Source: Idiomarina loihiensis L2TR (GTDB lineage Bacteria > Pseudomonadota > Gammaproteobacteria > Enterobacterales > Alteromonadaceae). Taken from it: a stretch of DNA of 32,000 bases. A program made the position numbers and the translations under genes. A model generated the notes under the pieces. The model did no database searches, had not been told where the DNA came from, and worked only from the letters and a program-made list of their open reading frames with translations. Of the stretch, positions 1-9,095 are shown in pieces (positions within the stretch are counted from its first letter, which is position 1; each line of letters opens with the position of its first letter). Where the stretch lies: NCBI RefSeq assembly GCF_000008465.1, contig NC_006512.1, forward strand, positions 1,050,001-1,082,000. Reading direction: 5' to 3'.

Positions 1-1460
1 AAACCCTGCAGCAGATGACCGCTGAAAATGCGCGTATTACTCTAATTGCTCCTGATGTCCGTACGACTGACGTCGCGCCGATTTATCATACGGAATATAG
101 TTTGAACCCTATTAGCAAAAAACAGTTTCAGCTATTTTTATCAACACCGGATGACTTCAACTGTCAGTTACCCAAGCCGAACCGTTTTCTCAATTCCCGA
201 TTTAAACCTTTACCTCTGGAGTCTGGTGGTTCTTTGCCAACACGATTAGAAGACAGCGCGCAGTTACAACTATGGCACTTGCAGGATCGTGATTTCCGGG
301 TGCCCAAAGGGCATATCTACTTGTCCTTGAGGTTACCCGCGGTAACCAATTCAGCTTTTCACTTCGCTATCGCCAGATTATGGTCTGAGCTTATGATAGA
401 TGCGTTAAATGACGACTTGTATGACGCCGAAGTCGCTGGATTGCACTTTAATATTTACCCGACTCAAAATGGCATAACAATACATACAACCGGGCTTTCT
501 GCCGGTCAAATTCCGTTAATGCAACACCTTATCCGGCGGGCTGTAAAAACTCGTTTTGCAAGACGCCGCTGGCAGGATCTAAAGCAAAGTCTGCTAAGTA
601 ACTGGCACTCCGCTCATCAGAGTCAACCACTGAACAAGCTTTTTGCTGAACTGAATCAGCAGTTGCAATCCGGTTTATTTCGGCTTAGCGATTTAGCCTG
701 TGAACTGGAGAAGGTCTCTTTCCGTCAGTTTACAATAGAAGTCGCTAAGCTTTTCTCCCCAGTGCATGTTACTGCGCTAGCTCATGGCGACTGGCAAAAA
801 GACGATGCTCTGGAGCTGGGACAGCTTATTAAAAATAACCTCCCTGACCAACGAAGCGCTCCCAACAGAAGACTTCCGGTTAAACGTGTCCGCGACTTCT
901 GTTCGCAGCAATTAATTGTTCCTGCTGAACACTCAGATACCGCTATTTTGCTTTATTTTCAGGGCGAAGATGATACTTCAACCGAGCAAATCAGCTTTAT
1001 GCTCTTGCAACAGTTAATTCATCAACCGATATTTCAGGCTTTACGAACCGAACAACAACTGGGTTATGCTGCCGGAAGCCAGTACTTTCCGGTACAACGT
1101 CTACCCGGAATCTTATTCTTCTTACAGTCCCACGAGTTTGATGCCGATAAACTTTATCAAGCAATACATGACGTGATTAACGTGCAACTTGCTGAGCTTG
1201 AGGATCTGACACTGAAAGAATGGCACCACGCTAAGTCAGTACTTAACCAGCAAATTAAGACAATTGATCGCAACTTAAGGGTTCGAAGCCAGAGACTTTG
1301 GGGCGCTATTCAACTCGCCGATACAGGGTTCAACCGCCAGCAAGAACTCCTCAGTGCGCTGGAACATTGTCAACTCAGTGACTGGCTAGAACGAATAAAA
1401 CTGCGTTTAGGTGATAAATCGCAAGCGCTAAGGCTTCAAACCCAAACTCTGACCGAGTAG
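1..1460 (+). CDS. Peptidase M16 (insulinase/pitrilysin-like) family protein, C-terminal non-catalytic half. It is 5'-truncated by the window edge.
   Basis: The frame stays open from nt 3 to the ATG at 15, so that ATG is internal. The translation resembles the C-terminal 'inactive' M16 domains of protease III-like enzymes (GLHFNIYPTQNGITIHTTGLS, EQQLGYAAGSQYF). The catalytic HxxEH half would lie upstream of the window. Confidence 0.7.
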   Translation, partial: TLQQMTAENARITLIAPDVRTTDVAPIYHTEYSLNPISKKQFQLFLSTPDDFNCQLPKPNRFLNSRFKPLPLESGGSLPTRLEDSAQLQLWHLQDRDFRVPKGHIYLSLRLPAVTNSAFHFAIARLWSELMIDALNDDLYDAEVAGLHFNIYPTQNGITIHTTGLSAGQIPLMQHLIRRAVKTRFARRRWQDLKQSLLSNWHSAHQSQPLNKLFAELNQQLQSGLFRLSDLACELEKVSFRQFTIEVAKLFSPVHVTALAHGDWQKDDALELGQLIKNNLPDQRSAPNRRLPVKRVRDFCSQQLIVPAEHSDTAILLYFQGEDDTSTEQISFMLLQQLIHQPIFQALRTEQQLGYAAGSQYFPVQRLPGILFFLQSHEFDADKLYQAIHDVINVQLAELEDLTLKEWHHAKSVLNQQIKTIDRNLRVRSQRLWGAIQLADTGFNRQQELLSALEHCQLSDWLERIKLRLGDKSQALRLQTQTLTE

Positions 1461-1468
1461 AATAGTCT

Positions 1469-1497
1469 TTGACAGTAAGTACCTCTCTCGTTATCTT
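1469..1497 (+). promoter_or_regulatory. Candidate sigma70 promoter for the sensor gene
   Basis: TTGACA (1469-1474), a 17-nt spacer, then TATCTT (1492-1497), about 55 nt upstream of the GTG start at 1551. Sequence pattern only. Confidence 0.3.
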
Positions 1498-1550
1498 AAC
1501 GATATATTAACAATAAAGAGCTGCTAAAGTAGCCATTCAATAGGTTTGTC

Positions 1551-4500
1551 GTGAATTTTACATTGCCTATCAGAACATTATGCTCTGCTCTTTTTCTATG
1601 TATTTTGTTATCCGGAAGCTTTAGCTTTCATGTTTACGCACAGCAGTCCCCCACAGACAATTCAGTACATCAATGGACCTTTAATGATGGCTTACCCAGC
1701 AACCATGTAAATGCTATAGCCCAGGGGCCTGAAGGTTTCTTGTGGATAGCGACAGTCAGCGGCTTAACTCGGTTCGATGGCAACGAGTTCAAAAACGGTT
1801 TAGCCTTATCTGAGGCGAAGAAGCATTTGCTTCCAGATGATATCGAACATCTGTTTTTTGATACATCGGGTGCACTATGGCTCGGAACTCACAGCGGTCT
1901 GGCAAAACTTCAGTTTTCATCAGAACATGAGCTTCATACGTTCGATTTAGCGGGTCATCAGTCTGGTGAACAGATTCGTATAAAGCACATATCAGAAGAT
2001 GAAAAAGGCCGGTTACTGATTGCTACAAGCAGATTAATTTACCGCCACACTCCCGGAACAAAGGTTTTTGAACCATTAAATCTAAGCTATAACGGCAGTC
2101 CCATTCAGCAAGTCAACTATATTTATCACGGAAAGAAATGGAACTGGTTAAGTACTGATAATCAGGGGTTATTTGTTTGGGACGGGTTTTCCAGCGAAGT
2201 TTTTGCGGTTAGTAAACAAAACCCAATTACAGAAAAAATACCGGGCAGCCAGCTTTATGCTGCGGTTCACTTTCAGAATCAGCTATGGCTTGCAACAGAG
2301 CAAGGTTTGATTCTGCTGGACAAAGATTTACGTTTAACCCCCCTTCCAGATTACCTTAACAACATAGAGAGAGTTAATAATTTAGCATTAACTCAGAACA
2401 ATTCCGCAATTTTACTCAGTACGGCAAATGGCCTTTATGAATTACGAAATGGGAAGCTCACCCTGCTACATAACGCACCCGCAGCCGCAGCTAAAGAAAT
2501 TACCCGGGGAGATGTTTTTTTCTTAACCAATAATCAGGGCGTATTTCAAATAAACACGCCTTTTGCTCCGGCTACCCTTGCTTCCAATTTCAATAAAAAG
2601 CAAAGCTCAGCAAGCATTAACATTCCGCAACTGATGCAACAAGTATCAGCAGCAATACAAGATGACAACGGTAACTGGTGGTTAGCGACCGAGTTAGGGT
2701 TAGTATTTTACGATACAGTCAATGAAGAAATCTCGGAGCTTAATCACTACCCTGATGCCCAGTTTGAGATCAATAAAATGCGTTTATTCGCAAACCAACT
2801 TTATCTTGTTGATAATTCCGGAGCCCTATATCAGTACGATATTATTAATAGAGACTGGAATTCACTGGTAACGTCAGCATTATCGGCAACGCCCGATAAT
2901 TTGAACTTAACGACGTTTAACCATTCGCTTTGGCTGCATACAAAGACCGAAGCCATCGAAATAAACGCATTTGGACAAGTCTCGCAGAAAAAGGTAATTT
3001 CTGTCGATAATGAACCGTTAGACAAACCACCCCATATTGATTTAGAAAGAGTCAATAATGCTACATTTATAGCAGACTTTACGGTTCCGTTTTCAGCAGC
3101 TCCGGCAGAGTTACGCTATCGCTACAAATTGAGTCATGCAGAAAATAATTGGCAAACTTTAGAGAACAACAGGGCATCACTGCAACTATCTTCATTGCCC
3201 TCCGGATCTCATAAACTAGAAGTTCAGGTAGCTTATCGCGAAGACCGTTGGTCGCCATCGGCTGTGGCTCAGCTTGACGTGCCCGCTCCCTTTTGGAAAA
3301 CGCCTTTAGCCTGGCTCGGCTACATACTTATCATTATCCTGTGCTTGTTCTCGTACTGGCTTTATCAACGCCAGCGTCAGGCGAAAATGCGCCACGACCT
3401 TAAACAATATCGGCGGCAGGCTCAAGGCGTCCTATCCAGCCGTTACCAATGCTGGGAGTGGGATCTCGAGTCAGGAGAGCTGATACGACAGAATATCTGG
3501 GACAACTGCCCTGCTTTCTCTATTGACGGTATACGGCTAGGCCTATCTGGTGGCAAGTCTAACGTGCATCCGGAAGATCTAAAACGACTACAAAAAAGCC
3601 TTGAAGACCATTTAAGTGGGGAGTCTGAGTTGTTCGAATGCAGCTACCGGTTGGACAATCAAGGCAATTGGCTATGGGTATTAGATAGAGGGAAAATCCA
3701 AGTTAACAATGAACGGCGAACCATGTTCGGTACGCTAAGTGATATAAGCAGACTGGTAAGCTCTGAAGAACGAATTACAATGCTGGCCTCTTCGATTACG
3801 AATATATCTGATGGAATTTGCATCTTCGATCGTTTTTTCCGAAAACGCGAAGTCAATAATGCGTTTGAACGAATTAGCGGCTTCAGTCGTGACCAGGTGC
3901 TAGGTCAGTTATTAACGCTTGAGTGTTATCCCGAAAGCTTTGTTAACCAGATAAAGAGGTCGGTAATTAAAGAAGGAACCTGGCGTGGTGAAATCACCGA
4001 TGTTAAAGCCAACGGTGAAGAGTTCCTGATGGAATTAACTCTTGATGCTGTTAGGGATGATAACGGCGAGGTGTCACTCATTGTTGCCAGTTTTTCGGAT
4101 ATCACCGAAAGGCGCCATACAGAAAACGAACTTCGGCGCCTGTCAAACACAGATACATTAACCGGACTGCCGAACCGCTCTTACTTTCAGGTCAGTCATT
4201 CAAATCTGGTCAGGAAAAAGGTTTCACATACTTTATTACTCTTTGATTTAGATGACTTTAAGAAAATTAACGACTCCTTAGGTCATGAGATTGGTGACGA
4301 ACTTTTATGTCAGGTTGCCGAGCGACTCATGGATATTGGTCGTCGACAGGATACTCTTTACCGTCTGGGTGGAGATGAGTTTGGTTTGCTCATTGAAGAC
4401 AGCGTGGACATTAACCTAATTGGCGATTTAGCCAATCAAATTAACCTTAAGGTGGCAGAGCCCTACTTTATTGAGCAGCATGAAATTGTCATTGGCAGTT

Positions 4501-5432
4501 CCATTGGCATTGTACTTTACCCTCACGACGGCCAGACTTCGCAAGAGCTTTTACAAAAAGCCGATATGGCCATGTATCATGCGAAGCAGCGTGGCGGAAA
4601 CTGTTATCAGTTTTTCAGTCAGTCGATGAACGAAAACGCAGTCAAACGACTCAAGCTGGAAAATGAATTAAGAGCGGCATTAAAGTCTCATAATATTCGG
4701 GTTTACTACCAACCGAAAATAGAAATACACTCCGGGCATATTGCCGGACTAGAAGCACTGGCTCGCATTGAGAGTGAAGACGGCTCAATGATTAACCCGG
4801 CAGACTTCATTCCTCTGGCCGAAGAAACCGGGCTTATCATTCCCCTGGGCGAAGAAGTTTTACGGCTGGCATGCCGTGATATGAAGCGTTTTATGGCCTG
4901 TCAGGGCTCCCCGAAGAGCATCGCTGTTAATTTGTCTGCCCGACAGTTTATGCAATCAAGTCTGGCCTTACAAATTGAGCAAATTTTACGTGAAGAGGGG
5001 TTGCATCCTCGCCATGTTGAGTTTGAGATAACCGAAGGCATGGTCATGAGCGACCCTGAACGCGCCATTACTATGATGGAAAACCTATCTGATATGGGTG
5101 TAAAACTGGCTCTGGATGATTTTGGTACAGGTTACTCTTCGCTGTCGTACCTTAAGCGTTTTCCTATGAACAGCCTGAAAATTGATAAAGCCTTTGTTGA
5201 TGACATTACCATCAACGACAAAGACCGTAATATGGTCGCGTCAATTATTGCAATGGCACATAACCTTGGCCTGAAGGTTGTTGCGGAAGGGGTTGAAACT
5301 AAAGCTCAGTTACAGACGTTAAAAAGCCTCAAATGCGAATACATTCAAGGCTTCTATTTTGCAAAACCAATGCCGGCTGATGCGTTAATTGAGTTTATTG
5401 AGCAGCACAACGAAGTAGCTGCTCAGGTTTAA
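1551..5432 (+). CDS. c-di-GMP turnover sensor: signal peptide, periplasmic two-component-regulator beta-propeller repeats plus Y_Y_Y domain, TM helix, 2x PAS, GGDEF, EAL
   Basis: GTG start followed by a signal peptide (MNFTLPIRTLCSALFLCILLSGSFSFHVYA/QQ). Reg_prop-like repeats are present (WIATVSGLTRFDG, LWLGTHSGLAKL, WWLATELGLVFYD), along with a Y_Y_Y-like segment (LRYRYKLSHAENNWQTL...HKLEVQVAY) and a TM helix (LAWLGYILIIILCLFSYWLY). A PAS motif WEWDLESGEL is present. The GGDEF motif is intact at nt 4368-4382, with an RxxD I-site (RRQD, nt 4341-4352) five residues upstream. The EAL motif lies at nt 4752-4760, with DDFGTGYSS, KIDKAF, EGVET and QGFYFAKP. Confidence 0.92.
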   Translation: MNFTLPIRTLCSALFLCILLSGSFSFHVYAQQSPTDNSVHQWTFNDGLPSNHVNAIAQGPEGFLWIATVSGLTRFDGNEFKNGLALSEAKKHLLPDDIEHLFFDTSGALWLGTHSGLAKLQFSSEHELHTFDLAGHQSGEQIRIKHISEDEKGRLLIATSRLIYRHTPGTKVFEPLNLSYNGSPIQQVNYIYHGKKWNWLSTDNQGLFVWDGFSSEVFAVSKQNPITEKIPGSQLYAAVHFQNQLWLATEQGLILLDKDLRLTPLPDYLNNIERVNNLALTQNNSAILLSTANGLYELRNGKLTLLHNAPAAAAKEITRGDVFFLTNNQGVFQINTPFAPATLASNFNKKQSSASINIPQLMQQVSAAIQDDNGNWWLATELGLVFYDTVNEEISELNHYPDAQFEINKMRLFANQLYLVDNSGALYQYDIINRDWNSLVTSALSATPDNLNLTTFNHSLWLHTKTEAIEINAFGQVSQKKVISVDNEPLDKPPHIDLERVNNATFIADFTVPFSAAPAELRYRYKLSHAENNWQTLENNRASLQLSSLPSGSHKLEVQVAYREDRWSPSAVAQLDVPAPFWKTPLAWLGYILIIILCLFSYWLYQRQRQAKMRHDLKQYRRQAQGVLSSRYQCWEWDLESGELIRQNIWDNCPAFSIDGIRLGLSGGKSNVHPEDLKRLQKSLEDHLSGESELFECSYRLDNQGNWLWVLDRGKIQVNNERRTMFGTLSDISRLVSSEERITMLASSITNISDGICIFDRFFRKREVNNAFERISGFSRDQVLGQLLTLECYPESFVNQIKRSVIKEGTWRGEITDVKANGEEFLMELTLDAVRDDNGEVSLIVASFSDITERRHTENELRRLSNTDTLTGLPNRSYFQVSHSNLVRKKVSHTLLLFDLDDFKKINDSLGHEIGDELLCQVAERLMDIGRRQDTLYRLGGDEFGLLIEDSVDINLIGDLANQINLKVAEPYFIEQHEIVIGSSIGIVLYPHDGQTSQELLQKADMAMYHAKQRGGNCYQFFSQSMNENAVKRLKLENELRAALKSHNIRVYYQPKIEIHSGHIAGLEALARIESEDGSMINPADFIPLAEETGLIIPLGEEVLRLACRDMKRFMACQGSPKSIAVNLSARQFMQSSLALQIEQILREEGLHPRHVEFEITEGMVMSDPERAITMMENLSDMGVKLALDDFGTGYSSLSYLKRFPMNSLKIDKAFVDDITINDKDRNMVASIIAMAHNLGLKVVAEGVETKAQLQTLKSLKCEYIQGFYFAKPMPADALIEFIEQHNEVAAQV

Positions 5433-5447
5433 CGTTACTAATAAAGG

Positions 5448-7574
5448 CTATTGATAGAAATTCCAGCCATTTTCCAGCATTTGCTTCAACAAAGGTGCAG
5501 GCGTGTATCGTTCGCCACGTTCTGCTGCCAGCTTCTCTAGCTTATTCACTATCGTTTCAAGCCCCTGGCTGTCCATATAACGGAATGGCCCGCCAAGGAA
5601 AGGTGGGAAACCGATACCGAAAATTGCACCAATATCACCGTCGCGAGGACTGCGAATAATCTCTTCCTGCAAACAGTAAGCAGCTTCATTCAGCATGGGC
5701 AATAAACAAATATCAATAATTTCGTCCGCAGACTTGCTCTCGTTCGGATCAATATCCAGCAAAGAATACACTGAAGTGTCTACCGGCTTACCCTTTACAC
5801 TCTTGCCGTATTGATAAAAGCCTTTTTGGTTTTTCTTACCTTTACGGTCGTCGTCAATCAGCTTCTCAAAAGCTTCAGGCGCTTCAAAACGATCACCCAG
5901 CTCTTTCACCAATACCGGAGCCACTTTTGCCGCAACATCGATACCAACCTCATCCAGTAAAGTAATTGGCCCTACCGGGAAACCAAATTTCACTAAGGTT
6001 TTATCGATATGCTCAATAGGCTCTCCGGCTAACAGCAAGCGCGCAGCTTCGTTCATGTAGGGCGCAAGAATTCGGTTTACATAGAATCCGGCACCATCTT
6101 TCACCACTATCGGAGTTTTACCCTGCTTCTTGGCCAGAGAAACCGTTGTGGCTATTGTCTTATCGGAAGTACCCGGATGGGTAATAATTTCCGCCAACGG
6201 CATTTTATCGACCGGAGAAAAATAGTGGAGCCCAATAACCTGTTCCGGGCGCTTGGCTTTAGCCGCTATTTGAGTAATAGGCAGTGAGCTCGTATTAGTT
6301 GCAAAAATGGTCGACTCGTCTGCGTGCTCCTCCACATCAGCAACCATTTTTTGCTTCAGGTTAAGGTCTTCAAATACCGCTTCAATAACCACGTCGGTAC
6401 GCTCAAATCCACTGTAATCAAGCGAACCGCTCAGCATTAGCATGGTCTTTTCAAGCTCGGCCCGGCGCATATGCCGACGTTTCACTTTTTTATCTAGACG
6501 CTCGTAACTGTAATGTAATGCATGTCGAATTCCGTCTTCAGCGATGTCCTTGATACGTGCAGGAATACCTGCTTTAGCCGCCGTAACATAGGCAATACCG
6601 CCGCCCATCAATCCACCACCTAAAACGCCAACCCGTTTGACCGAATCAGGTTTAACGCCATCGGCGCCGGTTTCTTTTTTCATTTCTGTGGTGGCAAAGA
6701 AAATCTGGCGCAGCTGATAAGACTCTGGCGTCATTGCCAACTCACCAAAGCTACGGGCTTCCTTATCCAGGCCAGCTTCGCGGCCACGTTCAACACCTTC
6801 ACGCACCGTCTGAATGATTTTATCAATTGCCGGGTAATTGCCCTGAGCTTTCTTCTGCGCCTGCTCACTGGCCTTTTTAAAGATAATGTCACGGCCAAAC
6901 TTGGTCGCCTCCAGCACTTTACTAATGCCCTTAAGTGGCGGCTTAGTTGATTTTGGCTTACGTTTTAACGCGTGCTCAACGGCAACATCCAACAATATGC
7001 TTTGGGGAACAACCTCGGTGACAAGTCCTGCTTTCAAAGCCTGTTTAGCACGCAGTTCTTTACCGGTCAGGATCATCGTCAGTCCTTGCTGAACACCAAC
7101 CAGTTCAGGCAGACGTTGCGTACCACCACTGCCCGGTAACAAGCCTAATTTCACTTCAGGTAAGCCCAGAGCTGTCTTGCTGTTGTCGGTACAAACTCTT
7201 ACATGACAAGCCATGGCCAGTTCCAGTCCACCACCCAGGCAAGCTCCGTTAATAGCCGCAACCACAGGCACATTTAACTGCTCGATGCGATCAAACATAG
7301 CCTGCCCTTTTCGCGCCAGACTTTCTGCGTCCACGGCATTTTCACAACCGTCTATCATGTTGATATCAGCACCGGCAATAAAGGAGCCTGGCTTACCACT
7401 AATAAAAACCACACCTTTGACTGAATCATCGCTTTCTAAGCGATTCATCAAACTGCCAACTTCTTCGGCAAATGAGTCTTTTAAGGTATTCATCGACTCA
7501 CCAGGGACATCAATCGTAATTACAGCGACGCCGTCGTCCCTAACTTCCATAGTGAATGCTTTATCCTGACTCAT
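5448..7574 (-). CDS. fadJ: Fatty acid oxidation complex subunit alpha FadJ (enoyl-CoA hydratase / 3-hydroxyacyl-CoA dehydrogenase / epimerase)
   Basis: Colinear with E. coli FadJ (VITIDVPGE-MNTL, FIAGADINMI, ACLGGGLELA, LGLPEV-LGLLPGSGGTQRLP). I place the start at the ATG at 7572-7574 (MSQDKAF...), which overlaps the fadI stop by 1 nt (TAATG). The longer ORF reaching 7622 would run inside fadI. Confidence 0.93.
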   Translation of the reverse strand: MSQDKAFTMEVRDDGVAVITIDVPGESMNTLKDSFAEEVGSLMNRLESDDSVKGVVFISGKPGSFIAGADINMIDGCENAVDAESLARKGQAMFDRIEQLNVPVVAAINGACLGGGLELAMACHVRVCTDNSKTALGLPEVKLGLLPGSGGTQRLPELVGVQQGLTMILTGKELRAKQALKAGLVTEVVPQSILLDVAVEHALKRKPKSTKPPLKGISKVLEATKFGRDIIFKKASEQAQKKAQGNYPAIDKIIQTVREGVERGREAGLDKEARSFGELAMTPESYQLRQIFFATTEMKKETGADGVKPDSVKRVGVLGGGLMGGGIAYVTAAKAGIPARIKDIAEDGIRHALHYSYERLDKKVKRRHMRRAELEKTMLMLSGSLDYSGFERTDVVIEAVFEDLNLKQKMVADVEEHADESTIFATNTSSLPITQIAAKAKRPEQVIGLHYFSPVDKMPLAEIITHPGTSDKTIATTVSLAKKQGKTPIVVKDGAGFYVNRILAPYMNEAARLLLAGEPIEHIDKTLVKFGFPVGPITLLDEVGIDVAAKVAPVLVKELGDRFEAPEAFEKLIDDDRKGKKNQKGFYQYGKSVKGKPVDTSVYSLLDIDPNESKSADEIIDICLLPMLNEAAYCLQEEIIRSPRDGDIGAIFGIGFPPFLGGPFRYMDSQGLETIVNKLEKLAAERGERYTPAPLLKQMLENGWNFYQ

Positions 7575-8884
7575 TATTCTGTCTCCACAATCATTGCTGC
7601 ACCCAGGCCACCGGCAGCACAAGCGGTTGTTAAACCGACACCACCACCGCGACGGCGCAATTCATTCAAAGTCTGTGTGATCATTCTGGTACCGGTTGCG
7701 GCAAATGGATGACCATAAGCAATGGAGCCGCCCAGCACGTTAAATTTATCCATATCGATTTCGCCAATGGCTTTATCACGACCCAGCTTCTCTTGCGCAA
7801 ACTTATCACTGGCAAACATCTTCATATTCGCCAATGTTTGCGCTGCAAAAGCCTCGTGCATATCAATAAGGTCTAAATCGTTTAAGCTCATACCAGCACG
7901 GTCTAAAGCAACTGGAGTCGAATAGGAAGGTCCCATCAGCATGTCTTCTTCCACCTGTAGGGCAGCAAAGGCATAACTGCGTAAGTAACCTAATACCGGC
8001 AACCCGAGTTCTTTCGCGCGGCTTTCGGTCATCATCATGACAGCAGAAGCTCCGTCAGTTAAAGGCGTGCTGTTCGCCGCAGTCACTGAACCATGCTTGC
8101 GATCAAATACCGGTTTTAATTTCGCCAGTTTTTCTATCTGACTGTCACCACGAATATTATTATCGCGGCTCAAATGCTTTTTATAAGGCTCAGGGTAAGC
8201 CGTCATTACTTCATCACTTAACCAACCAGCTTCCCATGCAGCATGAGCCTTTTGGTGCGATCTTACCGTTAGCTCGTCCTGGTCTTCACGGCTAATGTTA
8301 TGCGTTTTCGCCATTTGTTCCGCCGTTTGTCCCATGCTTAGTCCGGTACTGTATTCAGCAACAGCCGGTGGTACAGGCAATAAGTCTTTAAAACCTAAAC
8401 GCTTCAATATTGAAAACCGTTGCCCTAAGGTTTTTGCTTTATTTAAATCGACTAGAGCACGCGCCATACGTTTACTGACACCAATAGGTAATACCGAAGA
8501 TGAATCCGCACCACCAGCTATGCCTCCACGAATATGGCCAGCCACCATAGCTTCGGCAATATTAACCGCCGACTGAAAGCTTGTAGCACACGCGCGGGAC
8601 ACACTGTAAGCATCAGTACCAACAGGCAAACTGGTTCCCAATACTATTTCACGGGCAATGTTAGGCGCTTCCGGCATTTGCACAACCTGACCAAACACCA
8701 GTTGCTCAACCCAGTCACCGTCAATACCGGTTTTATTCACTAATTCCTGAACAACCATTTTACCTAAGTCGACTGCGGGTATGCCGTGAAAGTCCGTTGC
8801 TTGTTTCGCAAATGGTGTTCTTATACCCGCCACAAAGGCAATTCTTTCGCCATTTACGGTTAGCAAGCGTTGTGCTGCTGTCAT
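7574..8884 (-). CDS. fadI: 3-ketoacyl-CoA thiolase FadI
   Basis: 436 aa, near-colinear with E. coli FadI ([99 protein letters not shown]). A TGAGGA Shine-Dalgarno lies upstream of the ATG at 8884. Confidence 0.95.
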
Positions 8885-8909
8885 AATAAATCCTCAATTC
8901 AAAAACCAA

Positions 8910-8926
8910 TACTGGTCTGACCACAA
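8910..8926. promoter_or_regulatory. FadR-type operator upstream of fadIJ
   Basis: TACTGGTCTGACCACAA contains the CTGGTCnGACC core of known E. coli FadR sites (compare the fadB site ATCTGGTACGACCAGAT). TGGTCTGACCA is a perfect 5+1+5 palindrome. It sits 26-42 nt upstream of the fadI start codon. Confidence 0.55.
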
Positions 8927-9016
8927 ATTATGTTACAAATTCTAGCCCGTAATAGAGCAGATTAAAACCACCGTTTTCGGTAAAGTATGCTGTATAGATT
9001 GAAATTTCGGAACAAA

Positions 9017-9068
9017 GACAGCATTGTTGCTGTCATTGCTATGCAGTACTGACAGCATAGTCAGTTTT
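9017..9068 (+). promoter_or_regulatory. Structured leader with alternative hairpins upstream of the MoxR operon (candidate attenuator or operator repeats)
   Basis: GACAGCA (9017-9023) pairs with TGCTGTC (9028-9034). TGCTGTCA (9028-9035) can instead pair with TGACAGCA (9050-9057). ACTGAC (9048-9053) pairs with GTCAGT (9060-9065), which is followed by TTTT. The transcription start is unknown. Confidence 0.3.
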
Positions 9069-9095
9069 CGCTGATAACGACAGCCTGGAGTAAAC

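Noticed and set aside
7575-7622. 16-codon N-terminal extension of the fadJ ORF ([16 protein letters not shown]...)
   Set aside because: It lies entirely within the 3' end of fadI in another frame and has no FadJ counterpart. The ATG at 7574 gives the canonical FadJ N-terminus and a TAATG coupling junction.
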